From contig CAVPLU010000010.1 of NCBI GenBank assembly GCA_963706285.1, positions 160,001-224,000 of the forward strand: a stretch of 64,000 nt of DNA. The letters run 5' to 3'. A program made the translations under genes and the position numbers. How positions within the stretch are numbered: the first letter of the stretch is position 1; the number at the start of each line of letters is the position of its first letter. Positions 19,862 to 29,265 of this stretch are shown here, in pieces. Below the pieces are notes generated by a model. It was not told the DNA's origin. It did not search any database and worked only from the letters and a program-made list of their open reading frames with translations. Source of the DNA: Candidatus Bathyarchaeota archaeon. GTDB lineage: Archaea; Thermoproteota; Bathyarchaeia; 40CM-2-53-6.

Positions 19862-20290
19862 TTGGTTCAAAACTACCCCGAGGCCACGGTGGGTGCACTC
19901 ATTGTTGACGACAAGGGGGAGATCCTGCTCGTCCGGTCGTACAAATGGGGGAAGAAATACGTCGTTCCGGGCGGACATATCGAACTCGGAGAACGATCAG
20001 AAGCAGCGATCAAGCGGGAGGTCAAGGAAGAGGTTGGCCTTGAAGTCGAGCCCGTCAGGTTGCTCTTGATTCAAGAGGCAATCTATCCCACCGACTACAT
20101 CAAACACGAACACTACATCTTCCTAGACTATCTCTGTCGCACGCACGAGTCGAAAGTCGTGCTAGACGGGGACGAGATCCAAGAGTACATCTGGATGCTC
20201 CCCAAGGATGCTCTTCAGCTAGATTTGGAAATCTTCACAAGGAATCTGGTACACGCATACTTGAAACTTGGGACTGAGAATATCCACTAA
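19862..20290 (+). CDS. Nudix hydrolase
   Basis: PGGHIELGE..AIKREVKEEVGL Nudix box. Confidence 0.9.
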   Translation: MVQNYPEATVGALIVDDKGEILLVRSYKWGKKYVVPGGHIELGERSEAAIKREVKEEVGLEVEPVRLLLIQEAIYPTDYIKHEHYIFLDYLCRTHESKVVLDGDEIQEYIWMLPKDALQLDLEIFTRNLVHAYLKLGTENIH

Positions 20291-20847
20291 GGAGTTATCT
20301 TACCCTGTCTTGGGCCGTTGACGCCTAACGTTTTGGCCAGTTTCTTGTGCTCCTTCTTGCTTATCCATTCTACGTAGAGATAGTCCTCGATCTCTTCTTC
20401 GGTCATGCCGATCTTGCGTGCCTCATCCAGGGTGATTCTGTAGGCTTCGAGTTCGGTTGGTCGGTCAACGTATGAGAACCTTGAGTCGAAGAGTTCTCGT
20501 CCCTCCCGGTACTGCTTAACGTGGACGAGTTCATGAATTATGTCGAGGTAGAGAAGTTTCTCGCTGGCCGACCGCAAATACTCGCCCCTGACAACGACAT
20601 TTCCATTTGCTTCGTTGACGTACATGTATTCAGCTGAATCATCTAGCTTCACGTGCAGGTTCTGCAAGATCTCAGCTGCCGAGGCTCTTCCTCCAAATAG
20701 CGATTGAATAACTTCCGAGTCCTCAAGGCCCATGAATATGTGTGAGAACGGAAACTCTTGCGCTGTATTTGTTAGGAGAGGCTCCCTATTTACCCCGAAC
20801 CGACTAGGCAAGCCTCCCATTCTCTCACGTCTCCCAACAAATGTCAA
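20287..20847 (-). CDS. Hypothetical protein with HExxH zincin-like motif
   Basis: IIHELVHVKQ followed by PTELEAY. Confidence 0.65.
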   Translation of the reverse strand: MTFVGRRERMGGLPSRFGVNREPLLTNTAQEFPFSHIFMGLEDSEVIQSLFGGRASAAEILQNLHVKLDDSAEYMYVNEANGNVVVRGEYLRSASEKLLYLDIIHELVHVKQYREGRELFDSRFSYVDRPTELEAYRITLDEARKIGMTEEEIEDYLYVEWISKKEHKKLAKTLGVNGPRQGKITP

Positions 20848-20867
20848 CGACCTAGAGGAATAGTGTA

Positions 20868-21356
20868 CTAGATATGGGCAACTCTTATCCTAGCTCGCGT
20901 GGTTATCTGTCGCGCATTTGTTTTTGGTCCAGGCTTCTCTTTCTGGCTGATTTTGAAATCTTCGATTAGATTCAACAGTTTTACGGTGGGCGAGACTACG
21001 AATTGATCCATCGTCAGTGTGGGTTGCTTTGGGTCAGAAATCTGCGTCATGGTGCAAGTGATTAGACCGTTCTCGTCAGCACGTTGAACCTCTGGCCTTA
21101 ACGTTCCAGATGCGAAGATTTTGTAGTCATTGATAAGATAGGCTTCTCCATATCGGAAATGCTTTGCTCTGGCCTCAGCCATGAGGATAGGATGATTCTT
21201 CTCGAACTCTTCCAGTGACATGCTCTCTTCATTGTCTGTCTTGGCTGGCGCTATCGTGACTCTTGCGGTTTCATAGCCGTTATGTGCATCGTCATAGATG
21301 CCCTCTTCATCGGGGATTTGCTCTTCACTCATGCTTTTCACCTTCAGTTCCTTCAC
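20868..21356 (-). CDS. Hypothetical protein
   Basis: 162-aa ORF with no competing ORF and no recognised motif. Confidence 0.55.
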   Translation of the reverse strand: MKELKVKSMSEEQIPDEEGIYDDAHNGYETARVTIAPAKTDNEESMSLEEFEKNHPILMAEARAKHFRYGEAYLINDYKIFASGTLRPEVQRADENGLITCTMTQISDPKQPTLTMDQFVVSPTVKLLNLIEDFKISQKEKPGPKTNARQITTRARIRVAHI

Positions 21357-22124
21357 CTAACAGCCGGATTATCACCGGCTTCGGAAAGGCAGAGCTCACA
21401 CTCGCGTTAGTAACGCTCGAAAAGACAGCGTGACCCCTAACCTCAGATTCAGAACTAAGAGATGTTTCATTCATATTCAATCACGGTCGAAAAACAGGGC
21501 CGCTCGGATGACTTCGCAGTCGTCGGCTAGAACTGCGAAATCGTCTCGCCAAAGAAAGCGGCGTGACTGTGTAACGTCTAGAGCAACGCTCTATGGTTTG
21601 GAAACAGGTTGACGGAGAACGGCAGACCTATCAGTTGCCGATGAAGGCAACACACCGTCAGCCTCGCGTGGTCGGCACACTGGAGTCTGTCTTTGGCCTA
21701 GCAGTTGGAGATTGATTCCAGTTGGACGTATCTGCTAGTAAGCTCAGCAGGTAAGTTCTACGCCGCCATGCGTGGTTGACGCTTAGGAAACAGGTTTCTT
21801 GTTGAAAAATAGGTACGGGTCTTTATGGTGAATCTTAGGATCCAACAAGACGACGCCGGGCTGTGATCCTAGAATCTTGTATCGGTCCTCCGCTTAGACT
21901 TCTCCTAGGCTATTCGTGACATCTGTGACTGCTTCAGGTGCATGCCACTTTTTGATTTCGGATTCACTGAGCAGATGCTTTCTTAATCGGCTTTCAGTCT
22001 CACCAGTTGAGAGGTGCTCGCCATTCTTGAGTTCAACATATCCGAAGAGCCGCTGTCTTTCGAGATATTGCGCAATCTTTGACAGTAATGCCGATGCTTC
22101 TGGATCCGGTCTCCGGTGCGAATA

Positions 22125-23253
22125 CTATGCCTTTCTCTGCCAGCCATATTTGTCAGTCGGATAGAATGGCAGCTTCGTAATTACAGAATCTAATCGTCTT
22201 CCTCGAATCATAATTCCGAGCGCATGGCCTTCAGTTGCATATTCCCGAAGAACGTATCCCATACCGATGCCACAGTTCAAAGTCGGCGAGAAGCTGCCGC
22301 TCGTCAGTCTTCCAATAGTCTGGGCGTCTGAAAGGATCTCGAATCCGGGCCTGGGTATCCCTTGACCTGTAGCTCTCAGACCTACTCGCATGAGCTTGGT
22401 ACCTTCAGCCTTCTGCTTCGCAAGAGCGTTCTTACCAATGAAATCGGCTTTCGAAATTTTGACCGCGAATCCGAGACGCGCCTCGTATGGGCTGATGGTC
22501 TCGTCAAGGTCGTTTCCGTAGAGACACATTCCCGCCTCTAGTCTCAATGTGTCCCGCGAGCCCAGCCCACATGGCTCTATCCCAAATTCTTTGCCGCTTG
22601 CAAGTATCGAGTCCCAAATATTCTCAACCTTTCCGGGATCAGAAAGCGGGCACTCCCATACCAGTATCTCGAACCCATCCTCTCCAGTGTAGCCGGTTCG
22701 GGAGACTAGGCAGCTGATGCCGTTGACTTCTGTTTGCACGCATCCGAATCGCGGAATCGCTGATAGGTCTGCCTTCGACAATTCCTGGAGAGTCGCTTGA
22801 GTCTTCGGACCTTGAAGCGAGACTAACGCCGTTTCATCCGATTTATCCGTTAGATATGCATTGTTTCGTGTCGCTTGTATCTTCAGCCATTCCATGTCTT
22901 TCTTCCTGTTGCCTGCGTTGAAGACGACTGACAAATCTCTCTGATTCGAGTCGAAGGATGATGATATCGTCCTTTATGCCTCCGTTTTCATTGCACAACA
23001 ATGTGTAGTGCGCTTGTCCAGGCTTGAGTGCGGTAACGTCGTTGGTGGTTACAAAGTTGAGGAACGTCTCGGCGTTGGCACCCTGAACTATCGCTCTGCC
23101 CATGTGTGAGACATCGAAGATGCCGACGCGATTCCGCACTGCTAAGGATTCGGGGACTATGCCCTTGTACCATATGGGCATCTCAAATCCTGCGAAATCG
23201 ACAATTCTGCCGTGGCTTACATGATAATCATTCAGCTGGGTCTTGAGCGGCAT
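22125..23253 (-). CDS. gcvT: Glycine cleavage system T protein (aminomethyltransferase), one apparent frameshift ~22929
   Basis: FDVSHMG, SRTGYTGEDGFE, RDTLRLEAGMCLYG across two ORFs. Confidence 0.92.
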
Positions 23254-23334
23254 ATTGGCGACCCCGCGCAACTGTAATTATGCTTGCGTGAAAGGAGGGG
23301 CCTTGGCATTGAAGCTACCTGTATCGTCGGTAGT

Positions 23335-23508
23335 CTACTGTTTCGTGTCGTGAGGCAGAATCTTCACCGACTCAGGCTCGAATAAGAGTTTCTTCTGACA
23401 CTTGGGGCAAGTTCCGCTGTATCGTTGGATTATTTCGGTGGGCGATTCAAGCTCAGGTCCGTCGTAGAGAGTAGCGCCGCACGCATCGCAGAAGACACGT
23501 TGTGGCAT
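23335..23508 (-). CDS. Small zinc-ribbon protein (57 aa), absent from ORF track
   Basis: Manual translation MPQRVFCDACGATLYDGPELESPTEIIQRYSGTCPKCQKKLLFEPESVKILPHDTKQ, two CxxC pairs. Confidence 0.8.
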   Translation of the reverse strand: MPQRVFCDACGATLYDGPELESPTEIIQRYSGTCPKCQKKLLFEPESVKILPHDTKQ

Positions 23509-23589
23509 CCACGTAGCCTCGGTAAAGGGTCGGGAAGTGAGGCAACATATTTTAACTTCTTGCCATTATCCGCGTGCGTGCGACGAGCG

Positions 23590-24051
23590 ATGTCTGCAGG
23601 GCTTAGGAACTGGCTCAAGCGTGCACCATGGAAGATCAGGCGGAGCCTTGGAAACGTCGCGTATAGGCTTCGCTTAGTTCAAGCGCCTGGGGCGGCTGGA
23701 TTCAAAGGTTCATGGACAATCCTATTCTTTGTCGTGCTTGGTCTAGCCACATTCTTTCTGGCTGGAGGAATCTACGATCTCCTCGAGAAGCCCGTTTCTC
23801 TTCTTCCGAGAGCGAGCCAGCAGGGATGGACGTTCATTTATCCTGGCGGACTAGGAGGACAGACACTAAATGAGAGCCTTCTCTCAGCGATACTGTATCT
23901 ACTCGGCCTATCAGGCTTCTACATGCTCTTCAGGAGCACGAGATTCGCCTACCGGCCAAGGAATGCTTACATTTTGCTGATCCTCGGTTTTGTGACAACG
24001 CTCATCGTGATATACTATTCAGGACAAATGCTCGCCCAAAAGGGCGGCTAG
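23590..24051 (+). CDS. OST3/OST6/OSTC-like oligosaccharyltransferase accessory membrane subunit
   Basis: Three TM segments with GGIYDLLEKP and GQTLNES..LYLLGLSGFYML pattern; start moved to ATG 23590. Confidence 0.7.
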   Translation: MSAGLRNWLKRAPWKIRRSLGNVAYRLRLVQAPGAAGFKGSWTILFFVVLGLATFFLAGGIYDLLEKPVSLLPRASQQGWTFIYPGGLGGQTLNESLLSAILYLLGLSGFYMLFRSTRFAYRPRNAYILLILGFVTTLIVIYYSGQMLAQKGG

Positions 24052-24086
24052 ATTAGGTCCAGGCGACTCCTAGATCTGATTTGTAG

Positions 24087-24566
24087 CTACCAGAGGCGTT
24101 TCTTCAGTCGCAGCAAATAGGCCGCGACATTGGACAACAAGTGGATCGGTATAGTCGCTATCACCAAAATGAAGACCGCGCCGACTGTTACGTTCAGTAC
24201 GGGCGAAGCGAATAGAAGGGCTACCAAGATGAAGCCTAACTGATCAACTATTGGCAGAGGATTCCCAGGCGGAATGTTCAATCTTCTCTTGAGAAAGGCC
24301 CCGAAGAGGTCGCCCAGCAATGCGCCGAGACTCGCTGCGATTCCCCCGAGTACTAGCAGAGGATTACTGAATAGAATGGCCTCTGCAAAAGAGGCTGCGC
24401 TCCCACACAATAGTCCGTAAGAGAACCCTTTCACCGTTTTGTTGGTTCCGAGTATCGGTCGACCGTCAATGAATCTCCGTCCTCGGTCAATAGGTGCTCC
24501 TCCTCCGAGCAAGACGGGAGTGGAGTTCGCCACGTATGTCGGAATTGCGATGTAGATGGCGATCAA
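24087..24566 (-). CDS. carS: CDP-archaeol synthase
   Basis: ANSTPV..PID.G, KTVKG, GDLFGAFLKRR, DQL. Confidence 0.92.
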   Translation of the reverse strand: MIAIYIAIPTYVANSTPVLLGGGAPIDRGRRFIDGRPILGTNKTVKGFSYGLLCGSAASFAEAILFSNPLLVLGGIAASLGALLGDLFGAFLKRRLNIPPGNPLPIVDQLGFILVALLFASPVLNVTVGAVFILVIATIPIHLLSNVAAYLLRLKKRLW

Positions 24567-24653
24567 GAGATCATACAGGTCGAGCGTGGGTTTCTCACTT
24601 CCGCGTCTTCTTTGCGCGTCAGTATCTGGATGAAGTGAGACAATGTAATAAGC

Positions 24654-25388
24654 TCAGACTGGTTCGAATCCACGAGCCGCGAGTTTTGCTTGACACCTCA
24701 GTGAGCTAGTCTGTTTTCCTCTCTGACGTTCTATTACGATTTCCTTTCTTGAATGCTCTGAGGTGTTCTTCAATCTGATGATTGTGCGAGGCCAGTGTGC
24801 GAGCGTCCGGCGTGCAACCGGTTCAATCCGACCGAAAGGAAAGTCTAGTCTAGCGTGCACTTGGCTCGTCAACAACGCGACTAGCTCGCGGCGTGCTGCA
24901 ACCTCACTCAGGTAGGCAAGTTGTCTGTTCAGTTCTCGGTTGAGGATGAATGTTCGTTCCGCTGATCCAAGGCTGACCCTATACAGGGACGTGATCGTGT
25001 CAATTATCACCAAGCGTGTCCGCGTTGTGAGATAACTCTCGATGTTCTCGACGAGGCTGGTCTGAGCCGAGAATGTCTCGGGGAAGAAGAGAAGTATGCT
25101 TTCGCTTACATCGGACCTTTCACCCGCGATCTGAACAAATCGTTGATGCGTGAATGAGTGATCCGCGTCGACATAGATGACCTTCAAGCCACGGCGTGCG
25201 GCTTCTATGGAGGTCTGAAGAGCAAGGGTGGTCTTGCCAGTCCCTGCTTCGCCATAGACGACAACCACTTCTCCTATTGTGAAACCTCCATTCAGCAGCT
25301 TGTCGAGAGGTTCACATCGCGAAGGAATGAAGTCATCTGCAATGCGCCAATTAGTTTCCCTGCTGAGCGGCATCAGTAGGCCTATCAA
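24654..25388 (-). CDS. radB: RadB-like RecA-family ATPase
   Basis: GEAGTGKT, IIDTITSLYR, TSQV; no RadA N-terminal domain; the typical KHR motif is not conserved. Confidence 0.75.
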   Translation of the reverse strand: MIGLLMPLSRETNWRIADDFIPSRCEPLDKLLNGGFTIGEVVVVYGEAGTGKTTLALQTSIEAARRGLKVIYVDADHSFTHQRFVQIAGERSDVSESILLFFPETFSAQTSLVENIESYLTTRTRLVIIDTITSLYRVSLGSAERTFILNRELNRQLAYLSEVAARRELVALLTSQVHARLDFPFGRIEPVARRTLAHWPRTIIRLKNTSEHSRKEIVIERQRGKQTSSLRCQAKLAARGFEPV

Positions 25389-25580
25389 CTTTCGAGCATG
25401 TAAGCTCAGTTGTCACTATCTTGGAGTGCGTCAAACGGATAACTCAGAGATCAGATCTGCCATGAATCCTACGCCCAGCGGGAGCGGCTTTACTATTACA
25501 CGGTCAACTCTCTTCAGGCAGGGGATGAAGATTTGATGACCTGTTGTTGGAGCGACCTATCCGCAAACACGCAGATATAG

Positions 25581-25976
25581 TCACTCTTGGTCTGAGAGTA
25601 GTTCCCGGACTTGGGATCTAGGTTTCGCAGCTTCGAATATTGTGCTGAATCGTTTCAGCCACAGTGGGTACATGAAGATCTTGCCGTAGAAGAACTCCTC
25701 AAAGATTGCGCTTTCGACTTTGATGAGTGCGGTTCGTACTTTGGCGTAGCTGTAGAAGAGACATAGGTGATGAACGTTCTCGAGCGTCGGCAATTCCAGA
25801 AATCTCGACGCTATCTCCCAGTCCCAAGTGTTTGCATTCGGTTCGCTCTTCTTCCCCTTGACGATTCTGCGAAGAACGAATCGTTTCAGGTAGCGTGTCT
25901 GTGCGTGTCTGCTCGCGAACAGCTGTGTTGCATCCGCTTCCATGTTGGTCTCTGGCTCTGATCGACGATGTTTCAC
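25581..25976 (-). CDS. Hypothetical protein
   Basis: 131-aa ORF downstream of gcvH on the same strand. Confidence 0.5.
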   Translation of the reverse strand: MKHRRSEPETNMEADATQLFASRHAQTRYLKRFVLRRIVKGKKSEPNANTWDWEIASRFLELPTLENVHHLCLFYSYAKVRTALIKVESAIFEEFFYGKIFMYPLWLKRFSTIFEAAKPRSQVRELLSDQE

Positions 25977-26016
25977 TTTTTATGCTTTGTCGTGCCCATG
26001 GAGCTACTTAGACTTC

Positions 26017-26445
26017 TCAAGATGTGGCGTGGTTCGACTTCTCTTGTGAGAGTCTATCGAGGAGGGCTCCATACTCATTCGCAGACATGAGCGAGTCAGT
26101 TTCTTCTTTCAGTTTTGAAGTCTTCATCAAAATGAGCCATCCCTCTCCATAGGGTTGTTGGTTGATGAGCTCTGGTGAGTTAACGAGTTTCTGATTGGTC
26201 TCCATGACTTCCCCCGACACGGGAGAATAGATCTCGGACACTGCTTTCACCGATTCAACTGTCCCGAATGATTCCCCTCTGTTGAGTGTTCTTCCAACCT
26301 TAGGGAGGTCGGCGTATACGACTTCATGAAGAGACTCTTGTGCGTAATCGGTGATTCCAACTCTGGCGCGGTCACCCTCTAGGCGAATCCATTCATGATC
26401 CTTCGTGTACTTCAAGTCGCTCGGAATATCTCGTCCTTCAACCAT
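26017..26445 (-). CDS. gcvH: Glycine cleavage system H protein
   Basis: HEWI, GITDYAQ, ESVKAVSE lipoyl-Lys, PYGEGW. Confidence 0.96.
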   Translation of the reverse strand: MVEGRDIPSDLKYTKDHEWIRLEGDRARVGITDYAQESLHEVVYADLPKVGRTLNRGESFGTVESVKAVSEIYSPVSGEVMETNQKLVNSPELINQQPYGEGWLILMKTSKLKEETDSLMSANEYGALLDRLSQEKSNHATS

Positions 26446-26641
26446 TTGGACCTCACTCGTTACTGCTATGCACTACGTTGCTCTGTAGCTCGGCATGAAT
26501 CAATATATAGAGTCATGCGGTGACAGCATGTCCGCTTCTGCTCTCCAAGTGACGCCAGAAGATTCCCTCCTCAACCATGGAAAGCTTAACGAACCATGAA
26601 GTGTTTGATCCCAGTCAGGTAGCACGAGGACGCCGCTCTCA

Positions 26642-27766
26642 TTGATCGGAACCGCGAGGACGATCCACGCCCAAGCCGGGAGAACGCTCCTGATTGCAGG
26701 CCCCGCCTCTTTTCAGTTGATTGAGGGTGAAGCAAGCGTACTCGGCGCACCACTAGATCTCAGCAGGAACACTGTAGCGCGTGGAAAGCAGACCCCTATC
26801 GAAATTCGCACATCCTCATCATTCAACATCATTCTCGGCGAGGAGGCTAGCCTCGAGGAACTCGATGGAAGCACAATTCCGCTCTCGTGGCGTGAAGCTG
26901 CCTCAGCCCTTGCCGAAATCGGAGAAGGCATCGCAGTCGTGATAGGAGGGGCAGACACTGGAAAGACAACACTGTGCACTTTCCTCTCCAACTCTCTCAT
27001 CCTGAAAAATAGACAGGTCGCAATTGTCGATGCAGACATAGGTCAGACAGACCTTGGTCCACCGACCACTATGGCAGCAGCAGAGGTCACGGCGTGCGTA
27101 GTGAACCTCTCGCAAGTCAAACCGTCTGAGCGACTCTTCATCGGTCTCACCAGCCCTGGCCGCGCCAAAAGCAAAGTGATTCGCAGCATCAAGAGACTCG
27201 TTGAGTGTCACGCTAAACCTGGAAAGGCGGTAATCGTAAACACGGACGGGTGGGTCGAGGGAGATGAAGCGACTCTGTACAAGCGTCAGATGCTCGACGA
27301 ACTTCGGCCAGATATCACTCTAGGAATTGGAGGAACCGACATATCCCCGATCTTTCAGGCAAAAAACCGCACGACCTTGCTCGTTGGATCTCCAGACACG
27401 ATCAGGGAGAGAACTCGCGTTGACCGAAAAGAGCTGAGATCGCTTGGATACAAAAAGTACCTTACCGGAGCTTTCTTCAGGACTTTGCGGCTAGATGGCA
27501 CGAGGCTGCGCTATTGTCTAGCATCAAAAGATCTGGACTTGGAACATATTCCACAATTGCAGTTCGAGAATATGAAGGGCGCTATCGTTGGCTTCTTGGA
27601 TGCGGATGGTTTTCTTCAGGAGATTGGTGTTCTAAAGGACTTGGTTCGCTCCACCAAGATGGTCACAGTATGGTCCAGAATCTCGGGCACACCGAGCACG
27701 ATCGAGATCGGAGATGTGAAACTGAACAATGAAGGTCGCGAACTGGGCCACTTGGACAGACTATGA
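26642..27766 (+). CDS. Clp1/Grc3-family polynucleotide 5'-kinase
   Basis: GGADTGKTT, DADIGQ..GPP, VNTDGW, R..RKELR. Confidence 0.88.
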   Translation: MIGTARTIHAQAGRTLLIAGPASFQLIEGEASVLGAPLDLSRNTVARGKQTPIEIRTSSSFNIILGEEASLEELDGSTIPLSWREAASALAEIGEGIAVVIGGADTGKTTLCTFLSNSLILKNRQVAIVDADIGQTDLGPPTTMAAAEVTACVVNLSQVKPSERLFIGLTSPGRAKSKVIRSIKRLVECHAKPGKAVIVNTDGWVEGDEATLYKRQMLDELRPDITLGIGGTDISPIFQAKNRTTLLVGSPDTIRERTRVDRKELRSLGYKKYLTGAFFRTLRLDGTRLRYCLASKDLDLEHIPQLQFENMKGAIVGFLDADGFLQEIGVLKDLVRSTKMVTVWSRISGTPSTIEIGDVKLNNEGRELGHLDRL

Positions 27767-27806
27767 CCGCGCAGAAGCAAGTCGTACATACTAGTCGAAA
27801 GCTAGG

Positions 27807-28391
27807 TTGTGGCAACGCGAACGCAGGTGTGACCAAGCGTTGACCAGCAAGCCAGCGAAAGATGAGAAGGAAGTCGCGTTTATCGAGAAATCCATAATCA
27901 AGACGATGAGGAAGTTCAGGGAAAGCCCAAAGAATTTCTGGTCAACTGGCGACATCCAATGCCACCTCAAAGTCCACCTTCTCAAAGGTAGACTCTTCAA
28001 AACGGGACCACTGGGCAACGTCTTTCTGAGCTTCCCTACAAAGAACACTTATCAGCACGGCGAGGACGGCTCACTACTGCCCTCCGCGACGGGGAAAAAT
28101 GATCATTTCGCATTAGCGGGCTGGGCAGCCTCAATTCCAACCACTTGGAACCACGTCACCCAGCAACTTTCCTTCGCAACCGAAATAGAATACTTCCCGG
28201 TCATTCCCAAGAACTGGGCAGTCCAAATAAGGAATGATCTGCTGAAACTGAGCGACGACGCAAACAAAGTCCCACTCAAAGGGAGGTTCCTCCTGCTCCT
28301 CACGATCCCGTCTACTTCACTCTTCAGAGAGCAATTGAATGCTCTCTTCGAAGAGTTTCCATCCGTCAGGTGCTATCAACAGATCGCATAG
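27807..28391 (+). CDS. Hypothetical protein
   Basis: 194-aa ORF; only a weak restriction-fold-like pattern. Confidence 0.5.
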   Translation: MWQRERRCDQALTSKPAKDEKEVAFIEKSIIKTMRKFRESPKNFWSTGDIQCHLKVHLLKGRLFKTGPLGNVFLSFPTKNTYQHGEDGSLLPSATGKNDHFALAGWAASIPTTWNHVTQQLSFATEIEYFPVIPKNWAVQIRNDLLKLSDDANKVPLKGRFLLLLTIPSTSLFREQLNALFEEFPSVRCYQQIA

Positions 28392-28472
28392 CCATGTTCG
28401 AACGACCGTACTCATTGTGCCGACTAAAGGCAGAAGGTTCCTCGCTTCCGGATTAGGAGCAAGGAAGCCAGT

Positions 28473-29083
28473 CTATGCTGAACGTTCTCTGTTAGCTCGA
28501 CGATTTCGGTAGAGCAGATGCACTCCCAGCAGGCCCAGCCCGAGTCCCGCCAAGATCGATTCCAGAGGAAAACCAGGTATGGGCGGAGGAGTAGGCGCCG
28601 TAGCTCCCGTCACAGTGTATATGCTAGTTGTAGTGACGCCTTTGGTCGTGAGAGTTGTTGAGGTTACCGTCTGGCTCGCTGTGGCTGTCACCGTTTGACC
28701 AGTTGTTGTAGCTGTCACCGTCGATAATACTGTGGTAGGAACAGTCGTCGTCCCACTAGTCGTAGTCGTGACGTAGGTTGCCACTGTTACTGTCGTGGTT
28801 ACGCTGGTGGGTATAGTCGATAGTGACAATCACGTCGGTGAAACTAGGTATTCGTATTCGTAGTAGTGAACACGGTTGTTGTGCTAGTCGTTGTTATATT
28901 CGAGAAAGTGAATGTGAAAGTGATAGTAGTTGAACCTGATATTGGCTGCAGCGGTCGTAGTGACAAGTAGTAGTCACCTGCATTGGGTTTACTGCAGGTG
29001 CTTTCACCGGAACAAGAACCACAAGTGCGGCAAGGGTCGACGCAGGCGATAACAAGGGCTCTGATTACGTTCCGTCTCTTCAA
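28473..29083 (-). CDS. Thr-rich secreted surface protein with IPGF-TM-basic C-terminal sorting signal (several apparent frameshifts)
   Basis: Basic N-terminus MKRRNVIRAL, poly-Thr body, PPPIPGFPLESILAGLGLGLLGVHLLYRNRR. Confidence 0.65.
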
Positions 29084-29265
29084 GAGCGTTCCGTCTAGAT
29101 GTTGGGTTTGACGTAGGATATAACCCTGAGGCTCCTCTCCCCATGTGCCTGTGGTGATGAGGCTGTCTTTGAGCAGCTTCCGTCGTGCATCTCTGGCCAG
29201 CGCTCTAATGGGTTGGCGACACTATTTCTAGATGCAAGACCTAACGTAGCCGATCGCTAGATGGG

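Noticed and set aside
23254-23510. Glycine riboswitch upstream of gcvT
   Set aside because: No aptamer consensus seen; most of the region is a small zinc-ribbon CDS
24654-24680. GGTTCGAATCC resembling a tRNA T-loop
   Set aside because: T-stem does not pair fully, there is no cloverleaf, and it lies within the radB 3' end
25533-25595. Possible box C/D sRNA (TGATGA ... CTGA)
   Set aside because: No convincing internal D'/C' boxes or terminal stem; overlaps a CDS end
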